Origin: an uncultured Chlamydiae bacterium
GTDB taxonomy: Bacteria; Chlamydiota; Chlamydiia; Chlamydiales; SM23-39
Direction of reading: 5' to 3'
NCBI GenBank assembly: GCA_903889795.1
Contig: CAISYW010000004.1
Coordinates: forward strand, 1-35,317
Length of the DNA stretch: 35,317 bases
Under the pieces are notes generated by a model, which made no database searches, was not told the origin of the DNA, and saw only the letters and a list, made by a program, of their open reading frames with translations. A program made the translations under genes and the position numbers. Position 1 is the stretch's first letter, and the number at the start of each line of letters is the position of its first letter. Shown here in pieces: positions 25,324-35,317 of the stretch.

Positions 25324-25884
25324 TTAGACCCTCTGTACGTATTCGTTTGTCTGCGTATCGACTTTGATCACGTCGCCACTTTCAATAAACAACGGAACCT
25401 GCAATTTAGCGCCCGTTTCCAATACTGCTTTTTTAGTGGCGCCGGACCCGGAAGAAGCATCTCCTTCCGCGCTTTCGGTCTTAACAACCATGATTTCCAA
25501 AAATTGCGGCAGTTCGATCTCAAAGATTGTTTCGCCATAAAACAGGGCTTTTACTTGAATGCCTTCCTTGAGAAAGTGCACCTTATCACCCAGGATCTGA
25601 GAAGAGACACGCGTCTGCTCTAAAGTACCGACATCGAGAAATAAATAATCTTTCCCTTCCGGATAGAGAAACTCCAAGATTCGCTCGGCAAGAGCAACTT
25701 CTTGGATTACTTGATCGAGCTTAAAATTTTTCTCGATCGCATCATCAGTGATCAAGTTGCGCAGCTTCGTTTTTACGAAAGGCGTTCCCTTCGCAACAGT
25801 CACTTTAACGCTCGACTCAACGCGGAAAATTTTTCCGTCAAGGTTGATCGTCATGCCAGGCGAGATTTGATTTGCCGTTGTCAT
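25324..25884 (-). CDS. efp: Elongation factor P (or EF-P paralog)
   Basis: KGTPFVKTKLRNL, LETGAKLQVPLFIESGDVIKVDT..EYVQRV. Position upstream of accB as in chlamydiae. Confidence 0.92.
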   Translation of the reverse strand: MTTANQISPGMTINLDGKIFRVESSVKVTVAKGTPFVKTKLRNLITDDAIEKNFKLDQVIQEVALAERILEFLYPEGKDYLFLDVGTLEQTRVSSQILGDKVHFLKEGIQVKALFYGETIFEIELPQFLEIMVVKTESAEGDASSGSGATKKAVLETGAKLQVPLFIESGDVIKVDTQTNEYVQRV

Positions 25885-26534
25885 AAAATTTCCAATAGCT
25901 CGGACAGTTTACAGATCGAATGATCGACCCAATCTTCTTTCTTCCAGATCTTCCCTCTTCCCCAGCGCATATGCACCGTTCGCCAACCCAGATCATGAGC
26001 GGGAACAAGGTCCATCAAGATCCGGTCGCCCACAGCATAGCACTCTGCGAGAGGTTGTGAAAACTCATTCAAAAGCGCCTCATAATGAGACTTTTTTTGA
26101 GAGTCTTCAGAGACTGTAATTTTACTAAATATAGAAGGTTCCAAGCCAGCCTTTTCCAGCTTTTCAAGCTGAAAAAGCTTCTTACCGCTCGTTAACAAGG
26201 TTAATGTATGTCCGCGTTGGCTAAGAATATGCAACACATTTTTTGCATCGGGCGTCGTTGGAATAATAAAATTTTTAGGCAATGGCTCTGAATAGAGCGC
26301 CATCGCCTCTTCATACAAATGAGGGGCTTGTAATCGTTCGAGGGTCAGCCGAACCGTCTCTTTTGAGCTGATACAACACAGATCAAGAGCTTGAATTTCT
26401 CGAAGAGATCGATCAAATGAGCCGACCGCGACATTCCGGCGAATCAAAAATCCAATAAATTCTCGTAATTTATAAGGGGTCACGCTACCGGATGTATCGA
26501 TAATCGTGTCATCGAGATCAAAGACTATCAACAA
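25881..26534 (-). CDS. HAD-superfamily hydrolase
   Basis: IVFDLDDT (DxD), LLTSG and VGDRILMDLVPA motifs. Confidence 0.88.
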   Translation of the reverse strand: MLIVFDLDDTIIDTSGSVTPYKLREFIGFLIRRNVAVGSFDRSLREIQALDLCCISSKETVRLTLERLQAPHLYEEAMALYSEPLPKNFIIPTTPDAKNVLHILSQRGHTLTLLTSGKKLFQLEKLEKAGLEPSIFSKITVSEDSQKKSHYEALLNEFSQPLAECYAVGDRILMDLVPAHDLGWRTVHMRWGRGKIWKKEDWVDHSICKLSELLEIL

Positions 26535-27480
26535 TTTTCACCAACTCCTGTGCAAGTTTTTTTGAATCATGCCGAATCAAACTTCGCTTCAAAATATCCC
26601 CTTTTAAATTTTCTCTTGGTCTGCCGAGAAGATCTGCAAAGATAATTCGGCTATCATTAATATCGCTTTCAACCAGCTCTCCTTCAATCGCATAAAGCTG
26701 GATAACTGCTTCAGGGGGTTTTTGTCGATTAATCAAAATATGGTCAAAGATATCTTGACCGACATATTGAAGAATCTCCTTCATATAGTGGCTGGTTTTA
26801 TAACCGGTCGTCTGTCCCTTGCGATTCATTAAATTCATGACAAAAACTTTGCGCGCCCTTGAATTGCGCAACGCCTCGCAAACTCCGTCGACAAGAAGAT
26901 TCGGAATAATCGAAGTATGCAAACCACCCGGACTCAATACAATCAAATCCGCTTTATGAATCTCTTCGAGGACGCGAGGATTCACCGTAGGAATCGGATC
27001 GAGATAGATGGATTGGTACCCCTGATCGATTTCCTGCGAAAGATAAATCTCTTTCTCGCCTTCCAAAAGACGTCTGTTATTCAAAATCATCTTTAAACGA
27101 ACCTGATGAACTGTCACAGGGATCACTTTCCCTTGAATGAAAAGAATCTTACCCGCTTCTTCCACCGCTTTTTCAAAACTACCCGTCACTTTTTCTAAAG
27201 CCGACAACAATAAATTTCCAAAGCTATGCCCGCCAAGCCCGCCATTTTCAAAGCGATAATTCATCAAGCTGCGAAGCAGACGGCTTGAATTGGATAATGC
27301 CACCAAACATTGCCGTACATCACCCGGAGGCAACACGCCCAGCTCATCGCGCAAAATTCCGGTACTTCCCCCGTCATCGGCCATTGAAACAATCGCCGTA
27401 AGCTCGAGAGGGTACTTTTTTAAACCGCGCAAAACGACGAAATTTCCTGTTCCTCCACCGATAACAACAACTCGTTTCAT
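26518..27480 (-). CDS. yvcK: YvcK/GlmR (CofD-like, UPF0052) family protein
   Basis: VVIGGGTG, MADDGGSTGILRDELGVLPPGDVRQC and GHSFGNL motifs. ATG 27480 forms an ATGA overlap with rpe. Confidence 0.9.
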   Translation of the reverse strand: MKRVVVIGGGTGNFVVLRGLKKYPLELTAIVSMADDGGSTGILRDELGVLPPGDVRQCLVALSNSSRLLRSLMNYRFENGGLGGHSFGNLLLSALEKVTGSFEKAVEEAGKILFIQGKVIPVTVHQVRLKMILNNRRLLEGEKEIYLSQEIDQGYQSIYLDPIPTVNPRVLEEIHKADLIVLSPGGLHTSIIPNLLVDGVCEALRNSRARKVFVMNLMNRKGQTTGYKTSHYMKEILQYVGQDIFDHILINRQKPPEAVIQLYAIEGELVESDINDSRIIFADLLGRPRENLKGDILKRSLIRHDSKKLAQELVKIVDSL

Positions 27481-28187
27481 AAGCAATTTCTCAATGATTC
27501 AATGGCTATTTTTAAATCTTTCTGACTAAAAAGATAGTTACCGCTGACCAATATATTGGCTCCCGCTTCGACACATAATCGAGCTGTCTCCAAATTAATC
27601 CCTCCATCTACCTTAATATCGTAGGGAGGCAAGTTGGAACCCGGTTTTTTCGGAAGAACAACGCCCCCTTGACGGATCCCATTTTTGTCGCAGAATTCGC
27701 GCGTCAGTCTAATTTTTTCAAGCATTTTAGACAGAAACTCTTGGCCGCCAAAACCTGGATTCACCGTCATCAAAAGCACCTGATCGCATAGAGTCAAAAA
27801 TTTATAAATCATAGAAAAAGAGGTTTCGGGCCGAAAGGACAACCCGGCTCTGATTCCGCATCGTCGAATGTATGCAAGAGTATCTTCTACGTCTTCAGTC
27901 GCCTCAAAATGAAAAGTAATGCAATCCGCTCCCGCTTCAATAAAAGGCTCAATGAAATCGAAAGGATTATAAATCATAAGATGGACATCAAGAGGAATCG
28001 TCGTAGCACGGTTGATAGCAGAGACAGCACGGGGGCCCAGCGTTAAATTGGGCACAAAATGACCATCCATCACATCAATATGAATCGCATCAGCCCCTGC
28101 CTGTTCTAGGCGTTTCGCTTCATCGGCGAGATGTCCAAAATCCGCTGAGAGAATAGAGGGTTCGATTTTAATAGGTTTTTGAGTCAT
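27477..28187 (-). CDS. rpe: Ribulose-phosphate 3-epimerase
   Basis: PSILSADF, HIDVMDGHFVPNLTLGP, MTVNPGFGGQ and VDGGIN motifs. Confidence 0.96.
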   Translation of the reverse strand: MTQKPIKIEPSILSADFGHLADEAKRLEQAGADAIHIDVMDGHFVPNLTLGPRAVSAINRATTIPLDVHLMIYNPFDFIEPFIEAGADCITFHFEATEDVEDTLAYIRRCGIRAGLSFRPETSFSMIYKFLTLCDQVLLMTVNPGFGGQEFLSKMLEKIRLTREFCDKNGIRQGGVVLPKKPGSNLPPYDIKVDGGINLETARLCVEAGANILVSGNYLFSQKDLKIAIESLRNCL

Positions 28188-28218
28188 GAAAATATCCAAA
28201 TGAAGTTTTACAAAAAGA

Positions 28219-30183
28219 TTAAATTATATCCAGGGAACTCGATTTTGAGCCATTGAGATTAGATAAAGAGTGTTCAATGACATCATAAAATCGCTTTTGC
28301 TCTAAAAGATTATCGGATTGAAGAATATAACCGGCGTACGAAACTTCCTGAATATCGATTGAGAACGAGATCAATTGATAAGGAGGTAAGCTCAATCGAT
28401 CAATCTCGCGATTCACCTTTTCCTTAAATGCTGAGCTGACGTGGGGCAAAACAATAAAAAGACGCTTTTCTTCTTGTCGAAAAAGCCAATCCCCATTCTT
28501 TTTACGAAAACTTTGATGTTTTTTTTGAGACTGAAGCAGCAAAAGAAATAACTGCTTGAGATGCTCCACGTCCATCACGGAGCGCAATTCGACAGGCGTT
28601 AATGCAAAAAAGAATTTTTCAAGAAGCATTGCATGCTGATGAACCGAACGTCCAAGAGAGCGCTTTAAAGCTAAAAACACTTCATTTTGCTTGCCAATCA
28701 TGCCGCCATTATAATCTCTCACCTCGCCGATCACGCGAAAAATTTCAGATAGAAGATATTGACGGGCCTGATAAAGATCTAACGAATGATCGGGGCGCAA
28801 AAATTTTTGACTGTCCACAAAGAGTCGAAAAACCGTCGCCTCCTTAATGTGTTTGCGGCCTAAAGAACCCAACGATCGAATACGATCGGGAACGATTTTT
28901 AAATTTGATTCCGCTTTTTCAAACAATTCAACAACCGTTTTTCCATCAGGACAGAGAACTCTCAAAAGAATGACCGTAAAACCAAGTTCGGAGCCTCGCT
29001 GCTCCTCAAAAGAAATAATGACCTGAGGAATATCAGTTACAAAGCGTAGCTGCCGCGAGAGAACCATGATATTTCGCAAAACTTCTTCTTCATTACGAGG
29101 CATAAAAACAGGATGGGTCAACTGCTCAACGTGCGTTTTGAGCTGGTCGGGAAGTTGCGTACGAAGAGCGTGAATCTCCTCATGATTGAAATCCTGCCCA
29201 TCGCTTTTTCCGATTTCAAGATAATTCATTTGGATCTGAGTTTCCTGAGAGCGATCAACAAAAAAAGATCCTTCAATAAAGTGAACATTCGCAATACTTT
29301 GAGAGATCGCTCCGATTAAATGCTCTTTTTCAAAGACCTCATGTTCTCTGAGAAAATTAAAGCCGACTAATATACCGAGGACGAGGCGGCCTTCATTCGT
29401 TTTTTGAGAAGAAGCCAAACGTGTTTTAAAGAACTTCAATATAATATGGCGTTGATTTGGAACAACTTCGACGTTATGTTTTAGCTGATTTCGAAGAGAA
29501 TAGAGATTCGAGATAATACGGCTGATATGGTGATAGTCCCGCTCTTTTTTAAATTCATCGCGGCAAGTGACGAGAAAGTGCTGCATTTGAGAAAAAATAC
29601 CGCGATCAAAATCTTTCGATCGGCTCTGAATTAATGAACTGATCTTATCTTGAATCATCGCCGTTTTGCCATCATTCGACAGCCCCTTGAACTCCAAGAT
29701 GCGCGTCGCTTGATAGTGGGAAATCAACCCTAATCGAAGTTCCGTTTCGATTTGTTTAAAATTGCGACGGATTTCTTCTAATTCCTGAGTACTCTTTATT
29801 TGTACTACGATTTCAGCCACGCTAAGCAAATCATCGCTCAATCGAGGAAGCCGTACATCCGAAGAAAAGAACAGTTCGACATTCAATCTTTTATGCGGCA
29901 AAAGCCACCGGCTGATCATCTCATAAAAAAAATGAGAAGTATTTTGGCGATATTTGCAGAGCAAGGAAACAGAAAAATTACAGGGAGCTTCAGTTAGATC
30001 GGAAATTTTGATCAATGGAAGCAAGTCATTGAATCGGACGCGAGTAACCAAATCCTCCATTGAATAGAGGATATCAGTCGGAATGAGCTTGCGGATTAAA
30101 TCCCGAGCACCGTCGCGATAGTACTCTGACTCCAGAGAACCGCACCCGAATTCAAAATCATCTAACTCAACAAGCATATTCAC
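28219..30183 (-). CDS. Large hypothetical cytoplasmic protein
   Basis: 654-aa open frame co-oriented with rpe. Motif-like blocks VFMPRNEEEVLRNI and GEVRDYNGGMI. No function assigned. Confidence 0.75.
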   Translation of the reverse strand: MNMLVELDDFEFGCGSLESEYYRDGARDLIRKLIPTDILYSMEDLVTRVRFNDLLPLIKISDLTEAPCNFSVSLLCKYRQNTSHFFYEMISRWLLPHKRLNVELFFSSDVRLPRLSDDLLSVAEIVVQIKSTQELEEIRRNFKQIETELRLGLISHYQATRILEFKGLSNDGKTAMIQDKISSLIQSRSKDFDRGIFSQMQHFLVTCRDEFKKERDYHHISRIISNLYSLRNQLKHNVEVVPNQRHIILKFFKTRLASSQKTNEGRLVLGILVGFNFLREHEVFEKEHLIGAISQSIANVHFIEGSFFVDRSQETQIQMNYLEIGKSDGQDFNHEEIHALRTQLPDQLKTHVEQLTHPVFMPRNEEEVLRNIMVLSRQLRFVTDIPQVIISFEEQRGSELGFTVILLRVLCPDGKTVVELFEKAESNLKIVPDRIRSLGSLGRKHIKEATVFRLFVDSQKFLRPDHSLDLYQARQYLLSEIFRVIGEVRDYNGGMIGKQNEVFLALKRSLGRSVHQHAMLLEKFFFALTPVELRSVMDVEHLKQLFLLLLQSQKKHQSFRKKNGDWLFRQEEKRLFIVLPHVSSAFKEKVNREIDRLSLPPYQLISFSIDIQEVSYAGYILQSDNLLEQKRFYDVIEHSLSNLNGSKSSSLDII

Positions 30184-30767
30184 CTAATAGGTCGATGAAC
30201 CCATCTTTTTTCGCTACGCAATTAAATATTTCATTAAAGCGTAGAAATTTTCAATCTACGAACAGAGGTAAAAAAAATAAAGTCAAAATTTTAATTTTTT
30301 AAAAAGAAACATTGAGTTTTTAGGAAATTTAACAAAACCAAAAACTAGAAACAGACATCTAAAATATTGTTCATGAATGACTTACATAAAAACGTCATAG
30401 AGAAAGAAAAAAACACAAAAAATCTTTAAAAAAGTTAAACCCATGATTTTTTCGGTCAAAAATCTATATTGCATATTGATTTAAGGAAGATCAGAGAACA
30501 TATATAAATATTTCAAAATCATATTGCGATATTTTTTACAAAAAATCGATCGAAGAAGTTGAGATATCAAAAATTATTCAAAAGATTGCATTACGCATAA
30601 TTTCCCCACCGATTCGTGCAGGAGTCTGTCGCTTCTCCTTGATTATATTGAGAACCATTTGGTAATCTTTTTCCTTTAAGCAAGCACTAAGTGTCATTGC
30701 ATCGGTATGTCTTTATCTTTGCTTTGTCTTGACGTGCATTAAATTAGAAACAGGAGAAACCCTCAAA

Positions 30768-32537
30768 ATGTCACCCAAAAACCCCACTCATGATTGGAAT
30801 ACCAGTAACGTACTCGATGATGTCGATTTCCAGGAAAATGAAGCACGTCAATTCCGCGATTTACTCTCCGGTAAAGGAAAATCGAGCGCTGAAACTGCAT
30901 TATCAATGCTAAGCGTAGGTCAAATTCTTGAAGGACGCATTGTCGAAATTTCAAAAGATTTTGTTGTCATCGACGTGGGATTAAAATCGGAAGGACTTGT
31001 TCCAATCTCCGAATTTATTGAGCCGGAAGAGCTTGAGCTGGGTAAACAAGTTGAAGTATATCTTGATCAGACGGAAGGCGAAGACGGCCAGATCGTTTTA
31101 TCTAAAGAAAAAGCCCGAAAATTCCGCCAATGGGAACACATTGTCAAGAATTGCAAAGAGGGTTCGATTGTCAAAGGCGAAGTGATTCGCAAAGTCAAGG
31201 GCGGTTTAATGGTCGATATCGGCATGGAAGCCTTCTTGCCCGGATCGCAAATTGATAATAAGCGGATCAAGAACCTCGATGACTTCATTGGCCGCACGTA
31301 TGAATTCAAAATTCTAAAGATCAATATTGAAAGGAAAAATATCGTCGTTTCCCGCCGAGAATTACTCGAAGAAGAGCGTGTATCTCGCAAAACCGAACTT
31401 CTGGAAAATATTAAAGAAGGAACGACACGAAGAGGCGTTGTGAAGAACATCACCGATTTCGGAGTGTTCCTTGATCTGGATGGAATCGATGGCCTCCTTC
31501 ATATTACTGACATGACTTGGAAGCGCATTAAGCACCCATCCGAGATGGTTCACCTCGGTCAAGAGCTCGATGTCGTAATTCTTCATATTGATCGTGAAAA
31601 AGGACGCGTAGCTTTAGGACTCAAACAAAAAGAAATGAATCCTTGGGAAGAGATCGAAAGCCGCTATCCTCAAGGAACTCGCATTCGTGGAAAAATTGTC
31701 AACCTTGTTTCTTACGGCGCCTTTATCGAAATCGAGCCGGGCATCGAGGGCCTGATCCACGTTTCTGAAATGTCCTGGACCAAAAATGTGACCGATCCCA
31801 GTGAAATTGTCCGAGTTGGCGATGAAGTCGAAGCGATCGTGCTCTCTGTCCAAAAAGAAGAGGGTAAAATTTCGCTAGGCATTAAGCAAACCGAACGCAA
31901 TCCTTGGGAAGATGTCGAGCGAAAATATCCTGTAGATAGCAGCGTTGTCGCTGAAATCCGCAACCTCACCAACTATGGCGCATTTGTCGAATTAGAGCCT
32001 GGCGTAGATGGCCTCATTCATATTTCGGATTTGAGCTGGATTAAAAAAGTTTCCCATCCTTCAGAAGTCCTCAAAAAGGGCGATAAAGTAGAAGCAGTCA
32101 TTCTCTCTGTCGATAAGGAAAGTAAAAAAATCACGCTCGGTGTCAAGCAATTAAGCACCAACCCATGGGAAACGATCGAAAGGTCTCTTCCTGTCGGCAC
32201 AATCGTAAATGGCGTTGTCACTAAAACGACAGCGTTTGGCGCCTTTGTTCAGCTTGATAACGGAATTGAAGCGTTGATTCACGTCACAGAACTTTCGGAT
32301 CAGCCATTCGGTAAGGTGGAAGACATTATCCAAAAAGGAGACAATGTCACCGCCAAAGTGATTAAGCTCGATCCTGAACACAAAAAAATTGCCCTTTCGA
32401 TCAAAGAATACTTGATTGAGAAAAACCAGCAAAATCGCGACGATATCGTCGTAAGCACGAAAGGGAAGAAAGGCAAAAAGAAATCCGAAGAAAGCAAAAA
32501 GAAAGCGGAAGAAGACGAAGAAGAAGAATCTCTTTGA
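30768..32537 (+). CDS. rpsA: 30S ribosomal protein S1
   Basis: Repeated S1 domains ([38 protein letters not shown]). RBS aggag at 30752-30756 favours ATG 30768. Confidence 0.97.
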   Translation: MSPKNPTHDWNTSNVLDDVDFQENEARQFRDLLSGKGKSSAETALSMLSVGQILEGRIVEISKDFVVIDVGLKSEGLVPISEFIEPEELELGKQVEVYLDQTEGEDGQIVLSKEKARKFRQWEHIVKNCKEGSIVKGEVIRKVKGGLMVDIGMEAFLPGSQIDNKRIKNLDDFIGRTYEFKILKINIERKNIVVSRRELLEEERVSRKTELLENIKEGTTRRGVVKNITDFGVFLDLDGIDGLLHITDMTWKRIKHPSEMVHLGQELDVVILHIDREKGRVALGLKQKEMNPWEEIESRYPQGTRIRGKIVNLVSYGAFIEIEPGIEGLIHVSEMSWTKNVTDPSEIVRVGDEVEAIVLSVQKEEGKISLGIKQTERNPWEDVERKYPVDSSVVAEIRNLTNYGAFVELEPGVDGLIHISDLSWIKKVSHPSEVLKKGDKVEAVILSVDKESKKITLGVKQLSTNPWETIERSLPVGTIVNGVVTKTTAFGAFVQLDNGIEALIHVTELSDQPFGKVEDIIQKGDNVTAKVIKLDPEHKKIALSIKEYLIEKNQQNRDDIVVSTKGKKGKKKSEESKKKAEEDEEEESL

Positions 32538-32577
32538 TTCTCCTGAATTAGAGAATCAAAATAAAAGGTAAGAACGA

Positions 32578-33852
32578 ATGAATAAAGACCTCATCGCTAT
32601 CTTTGAATATCTCGAACGCGAGAAAGGGATCAAACGCGACATTGTGATCGCGGCCATCGAAGATTCTCTCAGAGCTGCTGCTCGCAAAAGCATCAAGGGA
32701 ATCGGCGAGAAAGTGACCGTGCAGATCCATCCCAAAACGGGCGAAATCGAAGTATATGCCCAAAAAAAGATTGTCGAAAAAGTGCTGAATCCCAGCGATG
32801 AGATCTCTCTAGCCGCTGCTCGTGAGATGGAGCCTGATTGTAATATTGGCCAACTGCTCGAAATTTCAGTCACTCCTCAGGATTTTGGCCGTATCGCGGC
32901 GCAGGCTGCTCGGCAAATTATTACTCAAAAGCTGAAGGGTGCGGAACGCGATGTAATCTATGAAGAATATCGCCATCGAGCTGGCGAGATCATATCAGGG
33001 ACGGTTAAACGATTCATTCGCGGGCGAACGATTATTGTTGATTTGGGTAAAGTAGAAGCTATTTTACCTGAGCGCAACTATCCGAAACTCGAGAGATATA
33101 ATCTGGGCGACAAAGTGCAAGCTTTGCTACTCGAAGTACATGATACAGATACGGGAGGCGCTGAGGTCATTCTCTCGCGCAGCCACCCCGAGTTTGTGTC
33201 CCAGCTTTTTGTTCAGGAAGTTCCAGAACTGCATGACGGTACAGTTGCGATAGAAAAAATCGTTCGCGATGCAGGTTACCGCACGAAACTGGCCGTACGT
33301 TCCTTTGATCCTAAAGTAGATCCCGTTGGAACATGCGTTGGTGTTCGCGGAACTCGAATTAAGAATATTATTCGAGAACTGAATAACGAAAAAATTGATG
33401 TTGTCCCCTACTCGGATAACGCTCAAAGTCTGCTCGAAAATCTGATAGCGCCGGTTGTTCCCCGAAAACTGAAAATGGGCGACCAGAAGATCTTCATGGT
33501 TGTCGCTGATGATGATTATCCAATGGTGATCGGAAAGAAGGGAATGAATGCACGTCTCATCGGCCAATTGCTCGATTGTACGATCGAAGTGCAAAAAATC
33601 ACTGAATATCAAAAGCTTCTCGCCGTTCAATTGGCCGAGCTTTCCTCTTCAGAAGATCCATCCTTAGATGAGCGGCTTAAGATCGAAGGTGTCAACAGTT
33701 TGATCGCCGAAAGCTTAGTCGGAGCTGGCCTTGACACGATACGTAAAGTGATGAAGGCTGACCCAGCTGAAATACCTGTCAAAGTGCCGGGTGTGAATTA
33801 CTATGACTTGGCCGACAAAATCCTCGAACAAATACGCAAAAAAAAGGGATAA
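32578..33852 (+). CDS. nusA: Transcription termination/antitermination factor NusA
   Basis: FGRIAAQAARQII, ILSRSHP, RDAGYRTKLAV, DPVGTCVGVRG and IGKKGMNARL motifs. Confidence 0.97.
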   Translation: MNKDLIAIFEYLEREKGIKRDIVIAAIEDSLRAAARKSIKGIGEKVTVQIHPKTGEIEVYAQKKIVEKVLNPSDEISLAAAREMEPDCNIGQLLEISVTPQDFGRIAAQAARQIITQKLKGAERDVIYEEYRHRAGEIISGTVKRFIRGRTIIVDLGKVEAILPERNYPKLERYNLGDKVQALLLEVHDTDTGGAEVILSRSHPEFVSQLFVQEVPELHDGTVAIEKIVRDAGYRTKLAVRSFDPKVDPVGTCVGVRGTRIKNIIRELNNEKIDVVPYSDNAQSLLENLIAPVVPRKLKMGDQKIFMVVADDDYPMVIGKKGMNARLIGQLLDCTIEVQKITEYQKLLAVQLAELSSSEDPSLDERLKIEGVNSLIAESLVGAGLDTIRKVMKADPAEIPVKVPGVNYYDLADKILEQIRKKKG

Positions 33853-33855
33853 CCG

Positions 33856-35317
33856 TTGGCTAAAATTAAGCTCAACATTAAAAACACTCAACTTGCTCAA
33901 GCTTTTAAGATCGGCAAACCCAAAATAACACCTGCCGCTGAACCGGAAGCTGAACCGATCAAGAAAAATTTGAGTACCAAGGCTGAGGAAGAAGTTCTTC
34001 CGGACGGATCTATCAAGAAACGGAAATCCCGTATTGTTCAGCCTTTAGCAGAAGTAGCTCCATCTGTTGTCGAAATTCCTGTACCCGAAATTAGTGAACC
34101 TACTCGCGAAAAAAAGAAACTATTTGACGATTCTCCAGCTCCGATTGCTCCACAAAAAGAAGTTGAACCGCAACCGGCAAAAGCTGAATCGAAAACGACG
34201 CCTCTGGAAGAGACAAAAAAGCCCCCCGTAAAACCTCCAGAAGCACCTGTCGCTGAAGCTCCTGCAATGCCACGCAAAGAAGCTCCTAAAGAAATGCGTT
34301 TACCGCAAAAGCGTGTGGAGCAACGGACATTCGACGCGAGAGACCGTCAAGGCTTAAGAGACACCGAAAACGAAGCCTGGCGGAAACGACGTGCCTTCAA
34401 ACCGGCTAAAAAGCGGTTTGAGGAACAGGTCATCATTCGTCCGAAAGAAGTTTCGGTTCGTCTCCCGATCATGATTAAAGATCTTGCCCATGAAATGAAG
34501 CTGAAATCATCACAGCTGATCGCCAAGCTCTTTATGAAAGGCATTATTTTAACTTTAAACGACTTTCTCGATGATGAAACCGTCATTCAACTCCTCGGAC
34601 ACGATTTTGACTGTGAAATTAAAATCGATACATCGGAGAAAGAGCGTATTCAAATTACGGACCGTGGCATCCGACAGGAAATCGACTCAACCAACCAGGA
34701 TCAACTTTTACTACGACCTCCCGTTGTCACTTTCATGGGTCATGTCGATCACGGAAAAACGAGTTTAATCGACGCAATTCGCAAATCCAACCGCGCTGCG
34801 TCAGAAGCCGGAGCGATTACACAGCATATTGGGGCATTTAAGGTTCACACTAAAGCGGGCGATGTAACGATTCTCGACACCCCCGGCCATGAAGCTTTTA
34901 CCGAAATGCGTTCGCGTGGTGCGATTGTTACCGACATTATTATTCTTGTTATCGCAGGCGATGAAGGAATTCGAGCTCAGACAGAAGAAGCGATTCGTCA
35001 AGCCACAGAAGCGAAGGTTCCTATTCTCGTCGCTGTCAATAAATGCGATCGACCGACGTTTGACGCTCAAAAAATCTATCGTGAATTGGCCGACCGGGAA
35101 TTGCTGCCGGAAAGCTGGGGCGGAACCACGATCACTGTGAATTGCTCAGCTGTATCCGGACAAGGCATCAACGAATTGCTTGAAATGATCGCTTTGCAAG
35201 CCGAGATCCTCGAGCTCCGCGCGAATCCAAACAGCCGTGCACGCGGAACCGTCCTTGAATCTGAGATGCATAAGGGCTTAGGAGCCGTTGCTACGATTCT
35301 CGTGCAAAACGGAACCC
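33856..35317 (+). CDS. infB: Translation initiation factor IF-2 (partial, runs off window end; absent from ORF track)
   Basis: TTG start ([14 protein letters not shown]). In-frame [49 protein letters not shown] and NKCD. Confidence 0.97.
   Translation, partial: MAKIKLNIKNTQLAQAFKIGKPKITPAAEPEAEPIKKNLSTKAEEEVLPDGSIKKRKSRIVQPLAEVAPSVVEIPVPEISEPTREKKKLFDDSPAPIAPQKEVEPQPAKAESKTTPLEETKKPPVKPPEAPVAEAPAMPRKEAPKEMRLPQKRVEQRTFDARDRQGLRDTENEAWRKRRAFKPAKKRFEEQVIIRPKEVSVRLPIMIKDLAHEMKLKSSQLIAKLFMKGIILTLNDFLDDETVIQLLGHDFDCEIKIDTSEKERIQITDRGIRQEIDSTNQDQLLLRPPVVTFMGHVDHGKTSLIDAIRKSNRAASEAGAITQHIGAFKVHTKAGDVTILDTPGHEAFTEMRSRGAIVTDIIILVIAGDEGIRAQTEEAIRQATEAKVPILVAVNKCDRPTFDAQKIYRELADRELLPESWGGTTITVNCSAVSGQGINELLEMIALQAEILELRANPNSRARGTVLESEMHKGLGAVATILVQNGT

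Noticed and set aside
30184-30767. Long AT-rich intergenic region as replication origin or ncRNA
   Set aside because: No clustered DnaA boxes or convincing structure seen. It is compatible with divergent promoters and the rpsA leader (weak TTGATT-N18-TAATCT at 30639-30668).
30763-35140. Numerous short antisense or alternate-frame ORFs within rpsA, nusA and infB
   Set aside because: Shadow ORFs of conserved genes. The real frame from 33856 is infB, which is missing from the track only because it has no stop in the window.

Overview
This is a bacterial chromosome segment, very probably from an environmental member of Chlamydiota. The support is an NTT/Tlc nucleotide transporter, the rpe..efp-accB-accC and rpsA-nusA-infB gene orders, and chlamydia-type tRNA-Tyr and IF2 N-terminal sequences. 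From left to right: (1) an AT-rich accessory patch downstream of tRNA-Tyr/tRNA-Thr, holding two VOC/glyoxalase-like paralogs, a FkbM methyltransferase, an SplB-like radical SAM gene, a ~170-bp direct duplication and palindromic MITE-like elements; (2) a 259-bp ORF-less IS200/IS605 derivative (TTGAT target, TCAA right end, reRNA-like scaffold) sitting just upstream of tRNA-Thr; (3) housekeeping genes (SEC-C protein, ttcA, a beta-barrel OMP, putP, surE, tRNA-Val, tRNA-Asp, YitT, LOG); (4) the most interesting locus, a nucleotide-processing operon at 12742-17206: amidohydrolase-fold deaminase, dNMP-kinase-like P-loop protein, two dCTP-deaminase-fold paralogs with complementary active-site substitutions (these four joined by ATGA overlaps) and a divergent NTT transporter, preceded by a 168-bp palindrome; (5) three tandem paralogous membrane proteins (Inc/T3SS-effector-like); (6) rfbA, accC, accB, efp, HAD, yvcK, rpe, a large hypothetical protein, rpsA, nusA and infB, which is cut by the window end. 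All calls come from motif reading by eye; no database searches were run.
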